DNA of 13,715 bases, taken from contig JAYUUO010000097.1 of assembly GCA_043754515.1 (NCBI GenBank), positions 1 through 13,715 on the forward strand, given 5' to 3'. The notes beneath the pieces are model-generated. The model was not told the DNA's origin. It was given only the letters and a program-made list of their open reading frames with translations, and ran no database searches. Made by a program: the position numbers and the translations under genes. This document shows, in pieces, positions 1 through 5,054 of the stretch (the stretch's first letter is position 1; each line of letters opens with the position of its first letter). Origin of the DNA: Armatimonadota bacterium. GTDB lineage: Bacteria; Armatimonadota; Armatimonadia; Armatimonadales; Armatimonadaceae.

Positions 1-25
1 CGGAATAACCGCCCCGACTTGTCGT

Positions 26-418
26 CTAGTCATCCCCCACCCGCATCAGAGTCATTACCGGCTCGCCGTTGTCACCGCCGTGGTAGCGCATCCACGCCGC
101 GACCCGCCCGCCGTCCGCGCCGGGCACCCCGAAAAACACCCGGTCGGTATTTTGATCGGGCATGCGGATCACCGCCGCGTTCGCCGTGCGCAGTAGCCGC
201 GCGAGTTTCGACAGGTCGGTGGTGTCGGTAATTGCCGTATCCCCTGTCACTTCGGCGAGGAGGCGGTCCGAGACAGCCACAGGCAGGCGGAACCCGGCGT
301 ACCGCGCGTACTCGCTCACGTCCACCAGCACCCCGTCCTCAATCGCCATAGCCCGCGTATAGGCAATAACAGTCGCGCCGAAAGTGTCATTGATAGTGTT
401 GTCCATGTTGTTCCCCAC
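26..418 (-). CDS. DUF6573-like hypothetical protein of mobile elements
   Basis: 130-aa ORF with the motif 'AYTRAMAIEDGVLVDVS..A..AGFRLPVAVS' and a C-terminal 'GDNGEPVMTLM', which I recall as typical of DUF6573-type phage/plasmid proteins. Start is GTG at 418 (6 nt after a -10-like TAGTTT) or ATG at 406 (GGGGA upstream). Confidence 0.75.
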   Translation of the reverse strand: MGNNMDNTINDTFGATVIAYTRAMAIEDGVLVDVSEYARYAGFRLPVAVSDRLLAEVTGDTAITDTTDLSKLARLLRTANAAVIRMPDQNTDRVFFGVPGADGGRVAAWMRYHGGDNGEPVMTLMRVGDD

Positions 419-453
419 ACCTATAAACTAAATGCTCTCACGATAAAGCGGAA
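416..453 (-). promoter_or_regulatory. Putative leftward promoter TTCCGC-N17-TAGTTT, followed 6 nt later by the GTG start
   Basis: Minus strand reads TTCCGC (453-448), 17 nt, TAGTTT (430-425), aTAGGt, GTG (418-416). The same architecture recurs at 1250-1287. Confidence 0.55.
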
Positions 454-455
454 AG

Positions 456-480
456 CGGGGCGGGAATGATTCCCGCCCCG
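456..480 (-). terminator. GC-rich hairpin, possible intrinsic terminator after ORF 538-1077
   Basis: CGGGGCGGGAA-TGA-TTCCCGCCCCG is a perfect 11-bp stem. On the minus strand it is followed by CTTTCCGCTTT, a weak U-tract. Confidence 0.55.
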
Positions 481-486
481 GAACAA

Positions 487-506
487 TCTCGAAACGAGTT
501 TCGAGA
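487..506. repeat. Palindrome TCTCGAAAC-GA-GTTTCGAGA (operator-like)
   Basis: Perfect 9-bp inverted repeat with a 2-nt centre in the 419-537 intergenic region. Confidence 0.6.
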
Positions 507-537
507 GATGCGGCGATTTTCCCCGCCCGCCATCCCC

Positions 538-1077
538 CTACCGCACCGTGAAGGTCACGCCGATCTTGCCGACCCCTCTACATAGGCGCGTCCCCTTTGT
601 CCCTGCCCCGGCGCGGTTCGAGCACCGGACAGGCGATCCTTCCCGCACGAATCGCGCGGCTTCGGCGAAGCATTCGCCATAGTCGGGGCTGGTCCTACGC
701 CGGTCGGAACTGTCGTACTCGAAAGTAAGCACTTTTCCGACTTCCGTCACTATGGGGAGTGGCAGTTCCCCCCCTGCTACATAGATACGTAGCGCGTAGC
801 CAATGGCCGCGTTCGCCTCTACCTGTTCGGCGGCGGAAAGCGGGCGGTCAAAGGTAGCGCGGATCTCGGCGAAATCGTCCGCGTCCGGTTCATTCCACGC
901 TTGATTCATGGCAGGTGGCACCGGGCTAGCATCCGGGGTCGCGGCGATAGCGAGAACACTTGTCAAACCGACAGCGACAGCGTTCAGGATGAGCAAAGTA
1001 TCCGCGTTCGGCGACGCGGCGAACGCGCGGGCGGCGGCGTCGAAAGCCTCTCTCGGGTCGAAATTAAATGGTCGCAT
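538..1077 (-). CDS. Hypothetical protein (179 aa)
   Basis: Protein-like composition, strong RBS (AAGGGGAG) upstream of the ATG, and start immediately after the stop of the upstream small ORF. No family recognised. Confidence 0.75.
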   Translation of the reverse strand: MRPFNFDPREAFDAAARAFAASPNADTLLILNAVAVGLTSVLAIAATPDASPVPPAMNQAWNEPDADDFAEIRATFDRPLSAAEQVEANAAIGYALRIYVAGGELPLPIVTEVGKVLTFEYDSSDRRRTSPDYGECFAEAARFVREGSPVRCSNRAGAGTKGTRLCRGVGKIGVTFTVR

Positions 1078-1078
1078 A

Positions 1079-1252
1079 TCAACGGCTCCCCTTCTTCACG
1101 GTAACGAGGTAGACAGCGATCGCGCCCACTTCGTGCGAGAACAGCGCGGCGGCTTGCGCTTCGGCGGCGGTCGCGTCAGCGGCGGACAGTTCGATTTCGG
1201 CGTTGATGCCGGCACCGGATACGACGGTGCGAGTAATGGTGAATCGTTTCAT
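1079..1252 (-). CDS. Small hypothetical protein, 57 aa, absent from the ORF track (MKRFTITRTVVSGAGINAEIELSAADATAAEAQAAALFSHEVGAIAVYLVTVKKGSR)
   Basis: Translated by hand from ATG 1252 to TGA 1081-1079. It fills the gap exactly, ends 1 nt before the next ATG, and is preceded by the repeated promoter-like motif. Confidence 0.7.
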   Translation of the reverse strand: MKRFTITRTVVSGAGINAEIELSAADATAAEAQAAALFSHEVGAIAVYLVTVKKGSR

Positions 1253-1287
1253 GCCTAGAAACTACGCGCGGTGTAGCAATACCGGAA
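1250..1287 (-). promoter_or_regulatory. Putative leftward promoter TTCCGG-N17-TAGTTT, followed 6 nt later by the ATG start
   Basis: Minus strand reads TTCCGG (1287-1282), 17 nt, TAGTTT (1264-1259), cTAGGc, ATG (1252-1250). No Shine-Dalgarno sequence at normal spacing. Confidence 0.55.
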
Positions 1288-1302
1288 CTATTCCGGTATA
1301 AC
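1274..1302 (+). promoter_or_regulatory. Putative rightward sigma70-like promoter TAGCAA-N17-TATAAC for the RHH gene
   Basis: TAGCAA at 1274-1279, 17-nt spacer, TATAAC at 1297-1302, in an AT-rich divergent intergenic region. Confidence 0.4.
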
Positions 1303-1343
1303 TTTAGTAATGTTTCCATTCTTAGGTTCCGGTATGGTACCGG
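1279..1343. promoter_or_regulatory. Operator-like palindromes built from TACCGG(AA) half-sites
   Basis: ATACCGGAA-CTA-TTCCGGTAT at 1279-1299, a further TTCCGGTAT at 1327-1335, and CCGGTA-TGG-TACCGG at 1329-1343. All lie between divergent genes, next to an RHH regulator. Confidence 0.65.
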
Positions 1344-1401
1344 GGTCGGTAGTAAGCAGGGGACGAATCTAAACGAACGTAATGGGGGCAGAAGTAGACG
1401 A

Positions 1402-1707
1402 ATGAGCAGGAAGATTAGCGAGCGGGCCGCGACACATCCGGGACCGACGCGGATACTGGTTGACCCGGAGCGGCTGGAGGTGCAGGTGGAAGCGGAGCAG
1501 TCTCGGCGTCTCGAAGCCGTCTGCGCCAGGCGTCGGATCAGGAAATCTGAGGCGGTGCGGGAGGCACTCGGGATGTGGCTAGATTCTAATGACGATAAAC
1601 GGGAGTCTGATATGGGTGAAGTGGAGGAGATGAATGAGCATCTTACAGGGAGGCCACTGGGGAGCGTCGCTTGGGGAACGCTCCCCCTTTCCACTCCGGA
1701 CGTGTGA
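1402..1707 (+). CDS. Ribbon-helix-helix (CopG/MetJ/Arc-like) DNA-binding protein
   Basis: 'ERLEVQVEAEQSRRLEAVCARRRIRKSEAVREALGMWL' fits the beta-strand, helix A, turn, 'SE.vReAl..wL' helix B pattern of RHH proteins. The stop codon lies inside the left inverted repeat. Confidence 0.75.
   Translation: MSRKISERAATHPGPTRILVDPERLEVQVEAEQSRRLEAVCARRRIRKSEAVREALGMWLDSNDDKRESDMGEVEEMNEHLTGRPLGSVAWGTLPLSTPDV
1659..1686. terminator. Hairpin GGGGAGCGT-N10-ACGCTCCCC, possible terminator between convergent modules
   Basis: Perfect 9-bp stem followed by CTTT on the plus strand, 8 nt from the left repeat. It lies within the 3' tail of the RHH ORF. Confidence 0.4.
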
Positions 1708-1811
1708 AATAAATCGCCGTTTTCTTTAGAACCTGTTATGAACTTAGGCGGTAAGATTGTGGTTGATGACTCGCAACATTTGACGGGCGGAAGTTCATAA
1801 CAAGTTCTAAG
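1694..1811 (+). repeat. Left 118-bp inverted repeat
   Basis: Reverse complement of 2512-2629, with mismatches only at 1718/2605, 1777/2546 and 1803/2520. Confidence 0.97.
1729..1807. mobile_element. MITE-like unit, copy 1 (79 bp, 17-bp terminal IRs GAACCTGTTATGAACTT, TA flanks)
   Basis: TA|GAACCTGTTATGAACTT...AAGTTCATAACAAGTTC|TA, with 1 mismatch between its ends. GA termini with TA flanks resemble IS5-family (IS427/IS1031-like) ends. Confidence 0.7.
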
Positions 1812-1820
1812 GCAAACAAT

Positions 1821-2516
1821 ATGAAAACAATAATTTTGGTGCATGGCGCGGGCGGTGGTGGATGGGAGTATGACTTGTGGAAGCCGGTGCTTTTGCGCGG
1901 CGGCTACCAGATTATCGCGCGGAACTTGGAACCGGCTTTGGGTGGACTCTCGAAAACCACGCTCGCGGACTACGTGGCGCAGGTTCGAGATTGGATTCCC
2001 GCAGGCGAAACACCAGTGCTGGTCGGGGCGAGCATGGGCGGCGTGATCGCGCTCAAAGTCGCGGAAAACCTGCGAGCGGCGGCGATAGTGCTAGTCAATA
2101 GTGTTCCGCCGGCGGGCGTCCCGTCCGCGCGAAAATCCTCGGAGTCGTATCCTGGAGTCGTGAAGTGGGCGAACGGGCCGCTTTCCGATACGCGCGTTGC
2201 GATGCCTGACAGCGACGAAGCCATGATTCAAAAAGCGTGGAAAAGCTGGCGCGACGAATCTGGCACAGTGATGAACGAACTGCGCGGGCGCGTAGCCGTG
2301 CGCAAGCCGACTTGCCCAACGCTTGTGGTGATCGGCACGAACGACACCGATGTTGCGCCGGAAACGAGCCGAAGCGTTGCGCAGTGGGCGAACGCAGACA
2401 TTCACCAGTACACGAACATGAGTCATGTGGGCCCGCTACTTGGCAAACGAGCCGGGGAAGTCGCGGCGTCGGTGCTTGCGTGGCTTGAGGTGCGTCGTGG
2501 GACAAACCGAACTTAG
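1821..2516 (+). CDS. Alpha/beta-fold hydrolase (esterase/lipase-like)
   Basis: N-terminal 'ILVHGAGG' oxyanion motif, nucleophile elbow G-A-S71-M-G, acid in 'GTND175', and His in 'SH202'. The catalytic triad looks intact. Confidence 0.93.
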   Translation: MKTIILVHGAGGGGWEYDLWKPVLLRGGYQIIARNLEPALGGLSKTTLADYVAQVRDWIPAGETPVLVGASMGGVIALKVAENLRAAAIVLVNSVPPAGVPSARKSSESYPGVVKWANGPLSDTRVAMPDSDEAMIQKAWKSWRDESGTVMNELRGRVAVRKPTCPTLVVIGTNDTDVAPETSRSVAQWANADIHQYTNMSHVGPLLGKRAGEVAASVLAWLEVRRGTNRT

Positions 2517-2629
2517 AACCTGTTATGAACTTCCGCCCGTCAAATATTGCGAGTCATCAACCACAATCTTACCGCCTAAGTTCATAACAGGTTCTAAAGA
2601 AAACAGCGATTTATTTCACACGTCCGGAG
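2512..2629 (-). repeat. Right 118-bp inverted repeat
   Basis: Reverse complement of 1694-1811 (115/118 identical). Confidence 0.97.
2516..2594. mobile_element. MITE-like unit, copy 2 (inverted relative to copy 1)
   Basis: TA|GAACCTGTTATGAACTT...AAGTTCATAACAGGTTC|TA, with perfect 17-bp terminal IRs. Confidence 0.7.
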
Positions 2630-3341
2630 CGGAGAATCGCTTCATCAGGTCGGCGTGAGTACCCCGGAACACGTCCACATCAACCGACGCCGCGATTCCC
2701 GGCACGATATGCCCCCCCTCCTCCCCCGGCGAGCGTTGCCACAGCACCCAGTCCGCCCACGGAGCGACGGAGCCGGGGCCCGACAATACCGCCCCAGGCC
2801 GCGCATATCGGGCGACCCACAAGGGACATGCGGTGAAGGAATCGTCGAGCCACTCGGAGATAAAACCGGGCGAGCTATAGATGATCGGGGCACGCCCGTA
2901 TCTGCCCGTCAGCAGGACGATTGTCTTTCTGAGGTTAGTGATCAGCGACTCCCGCGACCCGTGCCACCCCTTAAGCGAATCGTATTCCACGTCCACGACC
3001 GCAGGGAGGTCGCCGCCCCGAAGCCCGCCGACCGCGCTCAGCGTGTCGGTGAAGTGTTTAGCCTGTTGCGCACCGTCCACTCTCGCCTCGAAGAAGTGGT
3101 ACGCACCGCGCGTGAGCCCGCACAGGTTGCAGGATTTCCAGGTGCGGCTGAACTGCGGGTCCACGAACGAGACACCTTGCGTCGCCTTGGCGATCAAGAA
3201 TCCGATCCCGGACGAGGCCACCTTCGCCGCATCCACGTATCCCACATAATGATCCGTATCTACGCCCTTCAGTAGGTCAGAGGAATCGCCCGTAGCAATT
3301 TTCTTGGGCGGGGCCGTCACCGGGTCAGTTTGTTGCGTCAT
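2616..3341 (-). CDS. GH25 muramidase endolysin (241 aa, catalytic domain only)
   Basis: GH25 motifs 'GVDTDHYVG', 'IAKATQG', 'GAYHF', catalytic 'VDVE', 'PIIYS', 'LWVARY', 'W.LWQ' and 'VDVDVF'. The ATG at 3341 has GGGGG upstream and is preferred over the ORF-track start at 3401. Confidence 0.92.
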   Translation of the reverse strand: MTQQTDPVTAPPKKIATGDSSDLLKGVDTDHYVGYVDAAKVASSGIGFLIAKATQGVSFVDPQFSRTWKSCNLCGLTRGAYHFFEARVDGAQQAKHFTDTLSAVGGLRGGDLPAVVDVEYDSLKGWHGSRESLITNLRKTIVLLTGRYGRAPIIYSSPGFISEWLDDSFTACPLWVARYARPGAVLSGPGSVAPWADWVLWQRSPGEEGGHIVPGIAASVDVDVFRGTHADLMKRFSAPDV

Positions 3342-3987
3342 ATGTTGTGCCCCCCGAAATACTCGTGTTCTCGCCGCGCGTGGTGGTAGTTGACGGCGCA
3401 CTCGTGGCGACCACGTCGGTCACCGTCGGCATGACAGCGACCCTGCCCGCGCTGTTTTGCGCCGACGCCGCGAGCCGCGCCGCGCGCGCGGCGAGTTCCT
3501 CGTCGATTTCCCTCGCCATCCTCGCCTTCGCCTGCTCTACGAGCGCGGCCTTAGCTCGCGCGAGTTTGTCGGCCCGGTCGCGGGCTTCCTGCTCGGCGAT
3601 CAACCGGCTGTCCTCCGCGTCCCGCGCACGCCGCTCGAAGTACGCGTTAATCGCGCCCGACAGCGAGGGCAGGTTCGTCGCGCCTTCCAGGGAATCAGCC
3701 CCCACAAACTTCCAGAGCGCGTTGTAGAACACGTAGCACGCGACGAACACGATCAGGAACCGGTGGAGCACGGTGCCTGTATCGAGCAAACCCTGCGCGT
3801 AGGACAGGGCGAGCGCGATCGCGACGCAGAGCGCGAACCGCATCCAGGCCCGCAGCAGCCGCGACCACTGCGGTTGCTGGATCACCGCGACCGCGAGCGG
3901 CACGAACACCCCCACGACCGCCGTCAATAGGTCGCCGTCCTTCACCGAGCGCAAATCAATACCCGGAATCTCGATTTTTGGTAGCAT
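3325..3987 (-). CDS. Putative holin (about 3 TM helices) with a long soluble C-terminal extension
   Basis: Hydrophobic segments 'LLTAVVGVFVPLAVAVI', 'FALCVAIALALSYA' and 'FLIVFVACYVFY'. The 'PL.vAvi.qp.Ws' pattern is holin-like and the gene directly precedes the endolysin. ATG 3987 has AGGTG upstream; alternative start GTG 3996. Confidence 0.7.
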   Translation of the reverse strand: MLPKIEIPGIDLRSVKDGDLLTAVVGVFVPLAVAVIQQPQWSRLLRAWMRFALCVAIALALSYAQGLLDTGTVLHRFLIVFVACYVFYNALWKFVGADSLEGATNLPSLSGAINAYFERRARDAEDSRLIAEQEARDRADKLARAKAALVEQAKARMAREIDEELAARAARLAASAQNSAGRVAVMPTVTDVVATSAPSTTTTRGENTSISGGTTYDATN

Positions 3988-3996
3988 AACGTTCAC

Positions 3997-4632
3997 CTAA
4001 CACCCTTTCCGTTTTTCGTAGTCAATCAGTTCGCGGATCTGCGCGATCGCGGTGCTCGATACCGCGTCCGGCATCCGCCCTTCCGCCATGCCCGCGACCA
4101 GCTCTAGCGCGCCCGCATGCGCGTGCTGGAGTGTGCGTTTGTCCTCCATCAGGGTCGTGATCGTCGCGGCCTGCTCTTTGATCGTCGCGTCGCGCGCCTC
4201 CACCTGGTGCTCAAGGCTCGCGCACTTCTCCTCCGACCGGCGTCGGAACTCGCGCTCCTGGCCGATCTCGTATTCCAGCGTTGAAACTTTGGATTTAAGG
4301 CCCGCGATCTCCGCTTGCATTTCGGAGAGGGTATGCACGATTCCCGCATACCGATCGGCCCACTGGGAGGCATTCGTATTGGCGGCATTGTACGAGGATG
4401 TAAGCGCGGTGATGGATCCGACCAGGGATTCGCCCCACTTTGCCTCGCTCGTGGCCTCCGCGATCCGCGCGTCCGTGTCGGCGCGCCGGGAGAGCGTGTC
4501 CGCCGTCAGCATCTGCGCGTCGGACGTTTTTTTGTCCGCCTGACCCTTGTTGTGGTTGTATATCAGTGCCGCGACCCCGGTCACGACCACGCCGAGGGAA
4601 GACAGCACCGCCGCGTCAAGCGACATCGCCAT
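3997..4632 (-). CDS. Membrane-anchored coiled-coil protein of the lysis cassette
   Basis: A single N-terminal TM helix ('AAVLSSLGVVVTGVAALIY') followed by a long heptad-rich region, tightly packed with its neighbours. Confidence 0.75.
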   Translation of the reverse strand: MAMSLDAAVLSSLGVVVTGVAALIYNHNKGQADKKTSDAQMLTADTLSRRADTDARIAEATSEAKWGESLVGSITALTSSYNAANTNASQWADRYAGIVHTLSEMQAEIAGLKSKVSTLEYEIGQEREFRRRSEEKCASLEHQVEARDATIKEQAATITTLMEDKRTLQHAHAGALELVAGMAEGRMPDAVSSTAIAQIRELIDYEKRKGC

Positions 4633-4634
4633 GT

Positions 4635-5054
4635 CTAAGCCCTCTCTTTTCGTTTGTTACGTTGCGGGAGCATGAGAGCGGCGAACAGCGACGCCTCCCA
4701 GAGGGCGCACGTCGCGAACCCGTAACCGGCGTCGGATATGAATGTTTTCTCGAACGTACAGACGGCGCAAAACACATGCAGGGCGCAGATCGGCAAACAA
4801 CTAGCCGCGAGCCGTACCCGGTGGAGCGACGCGTAGCCGTGGAGTTGCCACAACTGACATAGCCCCGAAAGGGCGGCGAACGTGCCCCACACGCCCTCCG
4901 AAAAATACTCGGCGTAGTGCGAGTATATAGGCGAGGTGGCGAACATGGACGTCCAGGGGTTGGCGCAGACGACCCCCCAGCGCAAGGCGGACAAGGCGAC
5001 GAACACCGCCCCGCCCCACAGGAGGAGCAAGAAGCGGCTACGCGTTTCGGTCAC
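4635..5054 (-). CDS. Multi-pass membrane protein (about 4 TM), lysis-cassette associated
   Basis: 139 aa with several hydrophobic segments and a basic C-terminus (RNKRKERA). Its GTG start overlaps the upstream TGA (GTGA coupling). Confidence 0.7.
   Translation of the reverse strand: MTETRSRFLLLLWGGAVFVALSALRWGVVCANPWTSMFATSPIYSHYAEYFSEGVWGTFAALSGLCQLWQLHGYASLHRVRLAASCLPICALHVFCAVCTFEKTFISDAGYGFATCALWEASLFAALMLPQRNKRKERA

Larger units (their letters stand above)
1694..2629. mobile_element. Putative non-autonomous cargo element: 118-bp inverted repeats enclosing one hydrolase gene
   Basis: Near-perfect long IRs, a single cargo ORF filling the interior, an AT-richer composition than the phage genes, and TCCGGA on both outer sides (1695-1700, 2623-2628). 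Confidence 0.7.

Noticed and set aside
1176..1844. Minus-strand 222-aa ORF, and plus-strand ORF 2425-2658, sharing the peptide RTCYELPPVK...LFHTSG
   Set aside because: The shared peptide is only the translation of the inverted repeat. Both ORFs overlap better-supported genes and show no transposase motifs.
1727..2596. Integron gene cassette (attC) or Xer/dif module interpretation
   Set aside because: The two sites are inverted rather than direct. They lack a proper RYYYAAC...GTTRRRY pair, do not match the XerC/XerD dif consensus, and no integrase is present.
1727..2596. CRISPR-like array from four copies of TAGAACCTGTTATGAACTT
   Set aside because: The copies alternate in orientation, the 45-bp interiors are near-identical rather than unique spacers, and there are no cas genes.
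3342..3401. N-terminal extension of the endolysin in the ORF track
   Set aside because: It overlaps the holin and is Arg-rich. The ATG at 3341 has a better RBS.
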